Origin: a virus
Taxonomy: Duplodnaviria > Caudoviricetes
DNA length: 64,000 nt
Virus record (IMG/VR): IMGVR_UViG_3300049988_000286
Coordinates: 320,001-384,000 of that record
Direction: 5' to 3' (one strand)
Shown: piece by piece, positions 18,240 to 27,914 of the stretch
How the letters are laid out: each line of letters starts with the position of its first letter
Position numbering within the stretch: the first letter of the stretch is position 1
Notes under the pieces: model-generated
What the model was told of the DNA's origin: nothing
Database searches by the model: none
The model's input: the letters and a program-made list of their open reading frames with translations, nothing else
Position numbers and translations under genes: made by a program

Positions 18240-18640
18240 CTAATCTAAGGAACATTATCCGAGGGCTTCGGCCTGACTAGATACGCGTTCGATGGACTTT
18301 GCAGGTGGCTCTTGTCGCCGTGTTCCGGGCTGATGCTTGGCTGGGTAGCCGACCGGGAAGCTGTTGCCGGTTCCACCTCGGGTGGGCACAAGAGACAGCA
18401 ATAGAGGAGGGCGATGTCGTGCTGACAACCCTCCGTATGCGGTTGGTCAAGTATTGGCGGCTGATCGTATAAGCTTCTTCGGATAACCGTTGCAGACCTC
18501 GTGTCTGGGAGAGCGCACCAGTGCCGGGTCTCGGGCGACCACCGGCCAGCTATAAACGCGAATGGTGCGAGCCAGTCCTTTCGATCTCAAAGGAAAGATT
18601 TCTCCCCCTCCATCTCATCACTGGGGTGGAGGGGGATAGA
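18240..18640 (+). ncRNA. Candidate structured non-coding RNA
   Basis: ~550-nt region without a convincing ORF; promoter TTGACC-N18-TAATCT; nested complementary segments 18255-62/18479-86, 18309-15/18388-94, 18406-11/18429-34; hairpin 18604-35. Confidence 0.35.
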
Positions 18641-18821
18641 GTTCTATCTCAACTCAAGGAAAGTGTAGAAGGGGAATCAAAAATCGATTACCGCCCGTTC
18701 AAGCAAGGCTTGATAAGGGCAGGGAATCTCGTGGATGAGCGCAGCGAGTCCACGACTATGCTTTCAATAGATGCTTGACGCATTGCACGAACTATGCGAC
18801 ATGGGCCGGGAGGAGAACACC

Positions 18822-19316
18822 ATGTCGCTCAAGTCGATCAACGATAAGCTGCGCAGTCGCGGCTACCGTGAGGTGGAACTCGTTCGTGGACAGGGCTACC
18901 TGTATTTCATCTTCGATGATCGCGGTGACAATTATGACACCGAGTCGGTTATGGTCCCCTATATCAAGCATCACAGCGTCACGGAATGGGTGTCGATGGG
19001 CTGCGATTATGCGGAGCGCAAGCGCGCGGAGATCGCCAATAAGGCGGAAGCGCTATCCTACAACGGCGGTCCGTTCGGTGCATTTGGCTGCCGCATCGAG
19101 AAGGTCTCCTATCACGTCGTCCTTGATGGGAAGCGCTCCTACGGCAATCCCCAGACCACGCGCGATGCTGCGATCAGGCTTGCCTCGCAGACCGGCAGCG
19201 ATCGCTACGATGTGGTGCGGAAGTCGGGCGACCGTCAGGAGACGGTCTACTCGTTCGATCGTAGCTGTAAATTCGCAGGACCGACCTCGCAGCCCTTCAC
19301 CGCCCTCAATCTTTAA
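18822..19316 (+). CDS. Hypothetical protein
   Basis: AGGAG SD before ATG 18822. Confidence 0.7.
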   Translation: MSLKSINDKLRSRGYREVELVRGQGYLYFIFDDRGDNYDTESVMVPYIKHHSVTEWVSMGCDYAERKRAEIANKAEALSYNGGPFGAFGCRIEKVSYHVVLDGKRSYGNPQTTRDAAIRLASQTGSDRYDVVRKSGDRQETVYSFDRSCKFAGPTSQPFTALNL

Positions 19317-19328
19317 GGAACAACCGCG

Positions 19329-19514
19329 ATGGCCATTACCACACAGAACATCAGGCTCGAACTTTGGGGTGGTGGCCCCAACCCCGAGCAAGACCTCGCT
19401 CATCATGTGTTCTTCAATGGCGAGAACATCGGCTACTATCTGAAGCCCGCAGAGGTCGGAGCAGCCATCGCCGCGAAGCTGATCGCGGATTTCAACGCGG
19501 GGAAGATCAAGTGA
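19329..19514 (+). CDS. Hypothetical protein
   Basis: AAGGA SD; overlaps next gene by 4 nt. Confidence 0.65.
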   Translation: MAITTQNIRLELWGGGPNPEQDLAHHVFFNGENIGYYLKPAEVGAAIAAKLIADFNAGKIK

Positions 19515-20197
19515 TCGATCAGGCTACCATCGCCTTGTTCGAGCGTATGGCGCAGAACGAACCCCTGCATGACGATCTGCGCCAGCACGTCATCGAGTCC
19601 TTCATGGGGCCGATGGTCCATCATCCCTTGGTCATCTCCACCCTGACCTTCGGTATCGATCGAGCCCATACTATCAATGGCCTCTACGAGCAGAAGCGTG
19701 ACACGCTCGCGCGTGCTCGTGAAGTCGGATCGTTCCACCGCATCATCTTCCTGCACGAACGCCCATACCGCCTCAACGCGCTCATGGACCTCATTACCAA
19801 CGATCCCCGATTCACCGCTCACGAGGACTTCTGGGAGATCATCTCGCAGGTATGGACCGACAGCGAGAATATCTGGGAGAATGACGAGGACTGGCGCGAT
19901 ATCCTGACCCGCGACATTCCGAATCGTCACCGGATGATGACGCGTGAGGAACAGGGGCGGCTCGACTTGCTCGGCGACACCATCCGGGTGTTCCGGGGCT
20001 ATTCCGGCGAAGGCACGCCCGATGGTCTGTCGTGGACGGCCAACCGCGAGAAGGCGGAATGGTTTGCCGACCGCTTCGGTGACGGGGAGCCGATCGTCGT
20101 GGAGGGTGAAGTCGATCGCCGCGATGTCATCGCCTACCTGATGGGTCGCAATGAATACGAGGTGATCGCTTTGCCCGAGCATGTCCGACGTGCATAA
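19511..20197 (+). CDS. ADP-ribosyltransferase-like fold protein
   Basis: VFRG...LSWT...A..FA...NEYEVI (R-S-E-like arrangement). Confidence 0.55.
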   Translation: MIDQATIALFERMAQNEPLHDDLRQHVIESFMGPMVHHPLVISTLTFGIDRAHTINGLYEQKRDTLARAREVGSFHRIIFLHERPYRLNALMDLITNDPRFTAHEDFWEIISQVWTDSENIWENDEDWRDILTRDIPNRHRMMTREEQGRLDLLGDTIRVFRGYSGEGTPDGLSWTANREKAEWFADRFGDGEPIVVEGEVDRRDVIAYLMGRNEYEVIALPEHVRRA

Positions 20198-20471
20198 CGC
20201 AGGGGAGCTAGCGGGCTTGGCTCTGCGCCTGTTGCAGACGGCGGATAGGACCATCCCATCGAGGGGGATGGTGTCCCGTTGGTCCCATGACCTTCTTGGT
20301 GCCACGGTGGAGTACCGGGCGCGTAATGGCGGGCGTGAGTATTGCGTTCGCGACCATGGCCGTAAATTCTCCTTCTCCGTCGTGATGGAGAACGGCCACT
20401 GGCGAACGATGAAGATGAAGGACGAGCATGACCAGATCAGTCAATTGATCTTGATGTCCCAATGTCTGTAA
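20181..20471 (+). CDS. Hypothetical protein (paralog of 20462)
   Basis: EY.V.D..K.FSF.V shared with next ORF. Confidence 0.55.
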   Translation: MSDVHNAGELAGLALRLLQTADRTIPSRGMVSRWSHDLLGATVEYRARNGGREYCVRDHGRKFSFSVVMENGHWRTMKMKDEHDQISQLILMSQCL

Positions 20472-20743
20472 CGGCGGATGACCTGATCAGTTGTGCCGTT
20501 CACCTCCAGAGCGGCGCAGTTGAGGTCGGAACGGTGTACCGAGGGGATGTCGTTCTTCTCTGGAATGAGCAGTTCGGAGTCTTCGTCCGGACGCGCATAC
20601 GCAGACGCCATCACGAGTATCATGTCTATGACCGCGAAAAGACATTCAGCTTTCGAGTTCAATGGGGGGCGGGACGCAAACACATCATCTCGCAATGGGG
20701 TGATATCGAATGGCTACTAACCCTTTCGGAGTGCAGGAAATGA
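20462..20743 (+). CDS. Hypothetical protein (paralog of 20181)
   Basis: HEYHVYDREKTFSFRV. Confidence 0.55.
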   Translation: MSVTADDLISCAVHLQSGAVEVGTVYRGDVVLLWNEQFGVFVRTRIRRRHHEYHVYDREKTFSFRVQWGAGRKHIISQWGDIEWLLTLSECRK

Positions 20744-20997
20744 CCCCTACCCCAGAGTGTGACAAGATCACGGCGGCACGGTCGGAGAGCCAGCAAATCG
20801 GCAACTTCCTCGAATGGCTGGCCGAACAGAATATGGAGATTTGCACGCGTCGCGAGACCGGCTGGGGCCATGTCATGATGATCCCCCAGATGGAATCGAG
20901 AGAGCAACTCCTCGCCCGCTATTTCGAAGTCGATCTGCAAGAGGTTGAGCGCGAGCGCCGCGCCCTCCTCGCGGAATTTTCGATGAAGGTAGAGTGA
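20740..20997 (+). CDS. Hypothetical phage protein
   Basis: SQQIGNFLEWL...LLARYFEVD. Confidence 0.7.
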   Translation: MTPTPECDKITAARSESQQIGNFLEWLAEQNMEICTRRETGWGHVMMIPQMESREQLLARYFEVDLQEVERERRALLAEFSMKVE

Positions 20998-21437
20998 TGT
21001 CGCGCCGCATCCGTAACGACACCCCGCTGCTCCAAGACGCTGAACCGATCACACCCGCGTTGCTCGCAGCCGGGTTGACCGACGAACAGGCGCGGCTGGC
21101 TCTGAAAACAATTATCGGAGCCGGTTACTTCGTCGCACCACGGGAGCCGACCAACTCCATGCTGCTCGCCTACCTGCACTCCTATGGGCAAGTGGCGACC
21201 AACCCCGCGACAACGGTGACTTCGCTAGCCAAGGCGCGGCAGCGCTGGAAGGCAATGGGGGAGGCTGGTACCCATGTTGCGATGTCGGTGAAGAGGATGA
21301 AAGCCCCCATGAGCGTCGTCGCGGCGGGAAGTCGTGGCGGTAAAGTAGGGGGACTGGCGCGCGCTGCTGCATTGTCGCCGGAACGCCGCAGTGAGATCGC
21401 TCGCGCGGCGGCGCGCAAACGATGGAACAAAGACTGA
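20994..21437 (+). CDS. Protein with C-terminal KGG-like basic motif
   Basis: GSRGGKVGGLARAAALSPERRSEIARAAARKRW. Confidence 0.65.
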   Translation: MMSRRIRNDTPLLQDAEPITPALLAAGLTDEQARLALKTIIGAGYFVAPREPTNSMLLAYLHSYGQVATNPATTVTSLAKARQRWKAMGEAGTHVAMSVKRMKAPMSVVAAGSRGGKVGGLARAAALSPERRSEIARAAARKRWNKD

Positions 21438-21694
21438 TGCAAGACGAATACCAGATCGAGAGCGATGGCCGAACAGTGTGGATCAACCATTCCTCGGGAT
21501 ACAATATGGCACGCTTCGGTGTCATGGGTATCGATATCCACAATTCCCCTGACGAACAGGAGCGAACGGGGCAGCAGTGCCTGTCCTGCACCCATGGACC
21601 TACCACGGCGGCGGATTGGGATCGTTTCGTTGAAGCGATCGAAGGATTCTTCGGCATCGAGGTAGGGGATCAGTATCGGCCGTCGAGGTTTTGA
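21437..21694 (+). CDS. Hypothetical protein
   Basis: Start overlaps previous stop. Confidence 0.65.
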   Translation: MQDEYQIESDGRTVWINHSSGYNMARFGVMGIDIHNSPDEQERTGQQCLSCTHGPTTAADWDRFVEAIEGFFGIEVGDQYRPSRF

Positions 21695-21954
21695 TGCCGC
21701 CGATCATCCGCATAGAGGGGACGGATCGACAAGTCTACGAGACGATGCTCGAACTTCGACGCCAGCGCATCCCGTCCTGTCTGCCTCGTCGCATGTTTAG
21801 CGGCGTGTGCAACTCGCGCGCATTGATCGCTGCATGGGAGAAATACGATAGAGACGATGGCGACACGAACGTAAACCTGATGGTGCGGGAACGCGACATA
21901 GTTTTGGTGCGACTGATAAGCGAGTGCGTGGTGAGGGAGACGACGGCGCGATGA
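21691..21954 (+). CDS. Family A paralog (GIP...VRERD)
   Basis: LRRQRIPS...VRERDIVLVRL. Confidence 0.7.
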   Translation: MMPPIIRIEGTDRQVYETMLELRRQRIPSCLPRRMFSGVCNSRALIAAWEKYDRDDGDTNVNLMVRERDIVLVRLISECVVRETTAR

Positions 21955-22235
21955 TCTATCTCAAGGTAGTGGGGAAGCGGCACGCCCTTGTGACGGGAGT
22001 AAGGATTGCGCACGAACAGAGAATAGCAATCTTGATGCCGACCGATCGAGGTTCATACTTTCGTTCAACCAAACAGTGCTTTAACGATCTTTGGTATAGC
22101 GCGCCATTTGCCTCGGTATCGGATTATATTCTCTTCTGTGCCGTGCGTGAGCGTGACCTTGAGTTGTTCTGCCTGTGTCAAAGCGGGCGAGTACTGATCC
22201 TAGATCGAAACGAATGGGTTCGACAACAGCGATGA
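21951..22235 (+). CDS. Family A paralog
   Basis: EQRIAI...VRERDLELFCL. Confidence 0.65.
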   Translation: MIYLKVVGKRHALVTGVRIAHEQRIAILMPTDRGSYFRSTKQCFNDLWYSAPFASVSDYILFCAVRERDLELFCLCQSGRVLILDRNEWVRQQR

Positions 22236-22666
22236 AGCGCAGATGTATCAGACTCGGCTATGTCCCCGAATGGAAGCCCTTCTTCGAAAGCCTTCGGCGT
22301 AATGGCATCCCGGTGCTGCGCCATCCGCGCAACCATGCCCCGTGGGGTTCTCGACTGATGATCAACTCTCTCGTGGTTGACGCCATTCCTTTATATTGTC
22401 TCGTTCGTGAACAAGACCTCGAAATGATCAAGCTGATCTCTCCCGTGTTGGTCGAGATCATTCCCCCTGTCCTCATCCCGCGAGGCTGCCCCTTCGATGG
22501 TGGACCCGGAATCTCCGGCGAGACCGATCACAGCACAGCCGAATCGCGAAGCTACTACGCGGGGTGCACATACTCCGATTGTATCGCATTCAAGGTTGCG
22601 TACGATTTCTCCTCGGAGCAGAGCGCCGTCTTGGCGTGGAATATGCGTTCTAGCTTTTCTTCTTGA
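22232..22666 (+). CDS. Family A paralog with C-terminal extension
   Basis: LRRNGIPV...VREQDLEMIKL. Confidence 0.7.
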   Translation: MKRRCIRLGYVPEWKPFFESLRRNGIPVLRHPRNHAPWGSRLMINSLVVDAIPLYCLVREQDLEMIKLISPVLVEIIPPVLIPRGCPFDGGPGISGETDHSTAESRSYYAGCTYSDCIAFKVAYDFSSEQSAVLAWNMRSSFSS

Positions 22667-22689
22667 TCGAACTGTGTAATAGAAAGTTG

Positions 22690-22950
22690 ATGAACCATCG
22701 GCTGAAATTCACGGGCCTGTTCCCCGCCGTCCGCGCCACCGTGGTGGCTTTGCGCGCGCAGGGCATTCCGTTCGTGATGCCTCGCAGCAATATCACGAAT
22801 GAAGTCTGGTCATCTCGGTTCATTGAGCGTAGCTGGATGGAGGCTCGCTGGATCGACACGCGAACCGCGTGCTTCGAAGCATTCTTCCGCGAGCGCGATA
22901 TCGACATCATTCGTCTTATCGCCTCGTGCAAGATCGAGGTTGTGGCATGA
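22690..22950 (+). CDS. Family A paralog
   Basis: LRAQGIPF...FRERDIDIIRL. Confidence 0.7.
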   Translation: MNHRLKFTGLFPAVRATVVALRAQGIPFVMPRSNITNEVWSSRFIERSWMEARWIDTRTACFEAFFRERDIDIIRLIASCKIEVVA

Positions 22951-23234
22951 ACCGAACACTCTACCTTGAAGGCGACGAGCGCGACATCATTGCCACGCTC
23001 GTGAGTGCCCGCCAGCAAGGCATTCCTTTCATCGTCATGTCGGTGGAGTTCGTGCAAGCAACCGGTGACCTCGAAACCTTCTGCATCTCATCCCGAGATA
23101 CTATCGATGGTTGGGAGAGGGCTGCGAAGAGTTGGCCCACGATCGCCGCATTCTCCGATGCGGAGATCATCGTCCGAGATCGCGACGTAGAGATGTTCAA
23201 GCTGTTGAGCCAAGTCCCGGTGATGATCAAGTGA
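22947..23234 (+). CDS. Family A paralog
   Basis: ARQQGIPF...VRDRDVEMFKL. Confidence 0.7.
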   Translation: MNRTLYLEGDERDIIATLVSARQQGIPFIVMSVEFVQATGDLETFCISSRDTIDGWERAAKSWPTIAAFSDAEIIVRDRDVEMFKLLSQVPVMIK

Positions 23235-23485
23235 GGAGTTATTCTCGCTTGACCCTGTTCGGCACGATGACCGATCTCAAACACACCGTCGAGGCAGCAC
23301 GGGCAGCGGGGATACCGCTCATACATGGCTGGTCACACTTTTCATCACGCCGTTTCCTCGGCGAAATCAAATTACGCGACATGCATACCTATGAGGCTAT
23401 GATCAGGGTCAAACTCCGGACCACGGACCGCGCTCTCTTCGTCCTGCTGTGCACAGCAAGGATTATATCGCCGAACAACGCTTGA
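23231..23485 (+). CDS. Family A paralog
   Basis: ARAAGIPL...LRTTDRALFVL. Confidence 0.65.
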   Translation: MRSYSRLTLFGTMTDLKHTVEAARAAGIPLIHGWSHFSSRRFLGEIKLRDMHTYEAMIRVKLRTTDRALFVLLCTARIISPNNA

Positions 23486-23528
23486 CCCACAATCACGAAC
23501 TGTGTAATGGGGAGATCAGGAGATCACC

Positions 23529-24464
23529 ATGACCGCACCCCACGTCGAAGCCACCCTCGTCCAGATGCTCAAGGCGTGGCCGACGCTACGGGGCACCCGT
23601 CTCGACTGTCTGGAAGACCTCGCCACCGCATCCGAGTATGACGCCAAGTGGCTCCCGGATGGCAGTCTGTGGGTGAACAGCGACAAGATCACGGCGGGAA
23701 GTTACCCCGACAAGCCCGAGGAAGAGGACGAGGATGTTGTCCGGTACCGCGACCGGAAAGCCACGCGCTACAACGCGGAAGCGCTCGCGTCGCGCCTTCT
23801 CCAGATTCGTCGCGACCGGATCACCGAAGCGTTCAATCGCGACAATGCCGAAGAGATCATCGCAGCGGGGAACCGCTACAGCAATCCGTTCCGTGACTAC
23901 GATAACGCGCCGGGCTGGGACAACACGCTCCCGCGTGGCGGTTATTCGCTGCTCGCGAATGTCCCACAGAACGCCGATCAGGAATGGGTCAAGGCGTTTA
24001 TCGAACTCATGGAGGAGACGCTCGCGTTCGAGTATCCCTTGGGTAAGTTCGCAAGCATGAGCCCCGCCTATAAGCAGCAGTACCTCGATGATCTCGCCCG
24101 TGCGAAGAAGGAAGCACGGGAAGTCTTGGTGCGCCTCAAGGGGACGGATGAGGAGAAGGTCCAGCAGACGCGCGACCGCGTTCAGGCGCAGATCGATGCA
24201 CTGGTCAAGTCTGCGTCGGCGCTGGGTGTCAAGGTGGAAGCAACGGTAGTTGTGGAAGCCCCTGTGGACAACGCAATCGTCGCTGTCAATTCACCGGTGC
24301 GGATAGTCCTCGGCATCCATAAGGGCAAGTCGGGTCGGGTTATCGAGATCGACGAGCGGCAGCAATTCCCTTACCTCATTGAGTTCGATAACCGCGCGGC
24401 GGATGCAAAGCCGAACGAGGGTCGTTATCGGTGCATTCGAGATGAGATAAAGGTGGTGGCATGA
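23529..24464 (+). CDS. Hypothetical protein with C-terminal KOW/SH3-like motif
   Basis: VRIVLGIHKGKSGRVIEID; own promoter and SD. Confidence 0.7.
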   Translation: MTAPHVEATLVQMLKAWPTLRGTRLDCLEDLATASEYDAKWLPDGSLWVNSDKITAGSYPDKPEEEDEDVVRYRDRKATRYNAEALASRLLQIRRDRITEAFNRDNAEEIIAAGNRYSNPFRDYDNAPGWDNTLPRGGYSLLANVPQNADQEWVKAFIELMEETLAFEYPLGKFASMSPAYKQQYLDDLARAKKEAREVLVRLKGTDEEKVQQTRDRVQAQIDALVKSASALGVKVEATVVVEAPVDNAIVAVNSPVRIVLGIHKGKSGRVIEIDERQQFPYLIEFDNRAADAKPNEGRYRCIRDEIKVVA

Positions 24465-24507
24465 GTGACGCGCGATGCCGGGCCAAGGCTGGTGTAAGAG
24501 TCAGCGG

Positions 24508-24678
24508 GTGAACGCCGTTGTCTTGCTCGAAGACGATGTGGCGTCGCGTATCCGGGACACGATCGCGGAGTTGCGGCGACAGGGCGTGCCCTTCATCGAC
24601 TACAACCCGTTGGTCACAGAGGGCGTCTACATCACGACTGGGCGGGAACTCCTGAATCGCAGTGTCCTCTATGGCTAA
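24508..24678 (+). CDS. Truncated family A paralog
   Basis: LRRQGVPF present, VRERD half missing. Confidence 0.5.
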   Translation: MNAVVLLEDDVASRIRDTIAELRRQGVPFIDYNPLVTEGVYITTGRELLNRSVLYG

Positions 24679-24937
24679 TCAGGTAGTCTTCCTCGCGAGC
24701 CGTCGCCCGATTGGACCGGTGTTGAGCCAACTCCGTGCTACGGGTATTCCCTTCATCTATTTCGAGTACGCGTGGAGTACGGTCATTTCATCGAATGTTT
24801 TGACCAAATACGCGGAAAACGATCAGCGGCATCACCAGTTCATAACAGTCCGAGATCGTGACATCGAGATGATCAAGTTGATAGCCCCCGTGATGATCAT
24901 GTCGGATCGAACCATGACCGTCGATTATTACGATTGA
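24671..24937 (+). CDS. Family A paralog
   Basis: LRATGIPF...VRDRDIEMIKL. Confidence 0.7.
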   Translation: MANQVVFLASRRPIGPVLSQLRATGIPFIYFEYAWSTVISSNVLTKYAENDQRHHQFITVRDRDIEMIKLIAPVMIMSDRTMTVDYYD

Positions 24938-24966
24938 ACGAACTCTCTAATTTGCTATGACGCCTC

Positions 24967-25242
24967 ATGGCTAACCTGATGATCATACTTCAAGCCGGAG
25001 GACCGATTTGGCCGACGCTCAAGGTGTTGCGCGAGCAAGGTGTTGCGTTCATCGACTTTTGGAGAAGCGTTGGGGACACGCCGTCGAAGGTAGTATCATC
25101 ACGCTCGTTAATCGCGCAGAGCTTCGCCAATCGGGAGTCTATGGGAGTGATCTACCTCCGCGAGCGCGATGAAGCGTTGATGCGCCTTCTGCTAACCGGA
25201 GTCCAGATCGAAGTCATCCCTCGTCGAGTGAAGAAGCGATGA
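24967..25242 (+). CDS. Family A paralog
   Basis: LREQGVAF...LRERDEALMRL. Confidence 0.7.
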   Translation: MANLMIILQAGGPIWPTLKVLREQGVAFIDFWRSVGDTPSKVVSSRSLIAQSFANRESMGVIYLRERDEALMRLLLTGVQIEVIPRRVKKR

Positions 25243-25484
25243 CGAATAGGGTAGTGATCATCGATAAGCAGGGGAGGGTTGGTGACTTTCTCGGAGAGAT
25301 GCGCGCGCAAGGTATCGCTTTCCTCTTCTCGGATCGTCGGCATAAGGTGCGGGCAACATCAAGGCTTATGGTTCAACTCCACTCCTCGAAGCTTTTGTTT
25401 GAGATCAGTCTCTTGATCCGCAGCCGGGATGTCTCGTTGGTGCGGTTGATGCAGCACGGGGCAATCTCGGTGCGCGTCAAGTGA
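25239..25484 (+). CDS. Family A paralog
   Basis: MRAQGIAF...IRSRDVSLVRL. Confidence 0.7.
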   Translation: MTNRVVIIDKQGRVGDFLGEMRAQGIAFLFSDRRHKVRATSRLMVQLHSSKLLFEISLLIRSRDVSLVRLMQHGAISVRVK

Positions 25485-25783
25485 GGCGACGACGCACGCT
25501 GACCCTCTACGGCGACGATGACGCCGTGGAAGCCAACCTTGTGATGTTCGCCTCGCAGGGTATTCCCGTGGTGGCGAGAAGTCGTGACACCTACTCGGTG
25601 ATCTCGGCGCGTCGAGCGGTCCAAGCACTGGATAATCGTCAATGGTTTGACCAAAATCAATTGATCATCCGTGTCCGAGAAACAGACGTGGAACTCGTCT
25701 GTCTGCTCTGCACGTTGCGATGTAGCGTGTGGAAGACCGCCGCAGAATACGATGCCGAGAACCCGGCGCGGAGGCAAGGATGA
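25481..25783 (+). CDS. Family A paralog
   Basis: ASQGIPV...VRETDVELVCL. Confidence 0.7.
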   Translation: MRRRRTLTLYGDDDAVEANLVMFASQGIPVVARSRDTYSVISARRAVQALDNRQWFDQNQLIIRVRETDVELVCLLCTLRCSVWKTAAEYDAENPARRQG

Positions 25784-26046
25784 ACCGTCTCATTTACCTC
25801 GCCGACGCTCGTGGCGGCGTGCGGCTCTTCCTCGAACAAATACGGGGGCAAGGCATACCCTTCATTTGGATGGGCACTAGGGTGTCTTCATCTCGCGCAA
25901 TCACGCGACTAGCGACCGATCGTAGAATGTACGGCACCAGCGTCATGATCCGCGATCGTGATCTCGCCCTCATCCTATTGATGCGCGATGGAACTATGGT
26001 TATAGAGGTCAGGGATGAACCATCGCTTCTCAATCCTGACCCCTGA
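25780..26046 (+). CDS. Family A paralog
   Basis: IRGQGIPF...IRDRDLALILL. Confidence 0.7.
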   Translation: MNRLIYLADARGGVRLFLEQIRGQGIPFIWMGTRVSSSRAITRLATDRRMYGTSVMIRDRDLALILLMRDGTMVIEVRDEPSLLNPDP

Positions 26047-26296
26047 TCTCTCGACCATGATCGAGGTGTTTGATCGTCTGGAGAGCGCTGGCATCCCGTT
26101 CGTGCGCTTCTACTGGCAGGACCGCAGCGGGAGGCCGACTCGATCCTCTGGCTCGCGAATGACCCGCCGTGCTTTGGAGAAAGTTGCTGGTATTCATGTG
26201 AATCGTTACCTTATGATCTGCGTTCGCGACCGCGATTTCGATCTCGCGCGTCTCTCCATCGGGGGATACTTCGTGCCGGGGTGGACACTTCTATGA
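26015..26296 (+). CDS. Family A paralog
   Basis: LESAGIPF...VRDRDFDLARL. Confidence 0.7.
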   Translation: MNHRFSILTPDLSTMIEVFDRLESAGIPFVRFYWQDRSGRPTRSSGSRMTRRALEKVAGIHVNRYLMICVRDRDFDLARLSIGGYFVPGWTLL

Positions 26297-26553
26297 ACCG
26301 CTACGTGGAGATCACCGGCGAGGATGTCGCGCGCGTCGGGCTTTTACGCCAGCATGGCATCCCCTTTATCCGACGATTTAAGCCCAGATACGCGCGAAAT
26401 GCCGGAACGGTGAAGGTTATTTCATCCCGCACGCTATGTCGTAAACTCGTGCCCAATACCCTCTTCGGTGATAGAATCATCTCAACGGTGATCGTTGTCC
26501 GCGATCGTGACCTCGATCTCCTACTCCTAATCATGCGAGCCCGAGTGCTGTGA
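26293..26553 (+). CDS. Family A paralog
   Basis: LRQHGIPF...VRDRDLDLLLL. Confidence 0.7.
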   Translation: MNRYVEITGEDVARVGLLRQHGIPFIRRFKPRYARNAGTVKVISSRTLCRKLVPNTLFGDRIISTVIVVRDRDLDLLLLIMRARVL

Positions 26554-26801
26554 ACCGTCGCCTTTCCCTCTATGATCAATCCGGTCATAAGATCGCACCC
26601 TTTGTCCAAGGTTTGCGCAGTCAAGGCATCCCATCTCTGTGGTCTTTCTGGATCGGCAAGCGTGGCCATGCCGCTGGACTTTCGCGTGATATTCATCACA
26701 TCAGTCTTCCATGGGCGGTAGACATTCTTGTCCGCGACTGTGATCTGGCACTCGTTATCCTCGCCATCGACTTCGATTACACCGTCTGGCCAGACGCTTG
26801 A
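26550..26801 (+). CDS. Family A paralog
   Basis: LRSQGIPS...VRDCDLALVIL. Confidence 0.7.
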   Translation: MNRRLSLYDQSGHKIAPFVQGLRSQGIPSLWSFWIGKRGHAAGLSRDIHHISLPWAVDILVRDCDLALVILAIDFDYTVWPDA

Positions 26802-26837
26802 ACGGTTGACTCTCTGCAACAGTTCGTCTACAGGGAT

Positions 26838-27107
26838 GTGATGGTCACCATGATGAACATCAGCGGCCCGTCCGTGAAAGAACTGGATACCGCCCTGCAC
26901 GCGCTCCGCGATCAAGGCATCCCCTTCTTCGACCGCTGCCCGTTCTGGACTACGATTCTATCGTCGAAGCAGATGCTGACACGCCTCACGGTTTCAGGCA
27001 CGCAGCAGATCATCGTCCGCGAACGCGATGTCGCAATGGTGCGCCTCATCGTTCCCAATTCAACAGTCCTGTGGGAGGACGCCCGCGATGGTAGGCTCGT
27101 GGCGTGA
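26838..27107 (+). CDS. Family A paralog
   Basis: LRDQGIPF...VRERDVAMVRL. Confidence 0.7.
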   Translation: MMVTMMNISGPSVKELDTALHALRDQGIPFFDRCPFWTTILSSKQMLTRLTVSGTQQIIVRERDVAMVRLIVPNSTVLWEDARDGRLVA

Positions 27108-27349
27108 AGATGACCGCACCGGAGTTGTTCCACGGGTGGTGGATCGTGCGCTGCCAAGCCGGAGTGGTATCTCACCGCGATGTCATGGAATGGGCTCGAA
27201 CAAACACGGGGAGGATTCGGGTGTTCTCGCATCACTGGGGTGGCAACACACCAGAGGGATGGTTTCGCAAAGGCGATGATCGCTGGGTCCATGATCTCGT
27301 CCTTGACACCGAGGACGATGCGCTGCTCTTCATGCTGGCCTTCCTGTGA
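27104..27349 (+). CDS. Small hypothetical protein, family B
   Basis: WARTNT...LDTEDDALLFMLAFL. Confidence 0.65.
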   Translation: MKMTAPELFHGWWIVRCQAGVVSHRDVMEWARTNTGRIRVFSHHWGGNTPEGWFRKGDDRWVHDLVLDTEDDALLFMLAFL

Positions 27350-27633
27350 AACGCGCCACCCTAGACCTCACCGGCTGGTGGCCGCACATCTGCGCGCTCG
27401 TCGTTGATCTGCGCCAGCAGGGTATGCCCTTCCTCGAACGGTTCGCTTGGGGGGGCAATGACGCGCAACCGGAATACATCGGCTCAAAGCGGTGTCTCCC
27501 GCAGATCGATAGTCTTGCACACTATTGGGACACCGATGTGGTGACGATCATTGTTCGAGCCAGCGACCTTACTCTCCTGCGCCTGATGGCACCGGCGGGG
27601 CTGAAGATCGCTGAACGTCCGGTGCAGCGATGA
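27346..27633 (+). CDS. Family A paralog
   Basis: LRQQGMPF...VRASDLTLLRL. Confidence 0.7.
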   Translation: MKRATLDLTGWWPHICALVVDLRQQGMPFLERFAWGGNDAQPEYIGSKRCLPQIDSLAHYWDTDVVTIIVRASDLTLLRLMAPAGLKIAERPVQR

Positions 27634-27914
27634 AACGCGCTACCCTCGTGATCGAATTCGAATCCACACCTCTGCTCAACTTCTTGCGAGAGTTGCGACA
27701 ACAAGGCGTGCCGTTTTTGGAGCATTACTGCGAACTCCCCAATGCCCCGATTAAGTTTATTGGCTCAAAGCTTGCCATCAAGGAGATCGATGACTACTGC
27801 GCAGGTGGACCGGGTATCTTGGAGACGATCCTGATCATCCGGGATCGCGATCTCCCGATGGTGCGCTTGATGGCACCATCGGAAATGGCTCTTGATTATT
27901 TGATCTATGGCTAA
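27630..27914 (+). CDS. Family A paralog
   Basis: LRQQGVPF...IRDRDLPMVRL. Confidence 0.7.
   Translation: MKRATLVIEFESTPLLNFLRELRQQGVPFLEHYCELPNAPIKFIGSKLAIKEIDDYCAGGPGILETILIIRDRDLPMVRLMAPSEMALDYLIYG

Noticed and set aside
18521-18778. 85-aa ORF inside the putative ncRNA region
   Set aside because: GTG start without a clear SD, no recognisable motif, and it overlaps strong hairpins and the next promoter.
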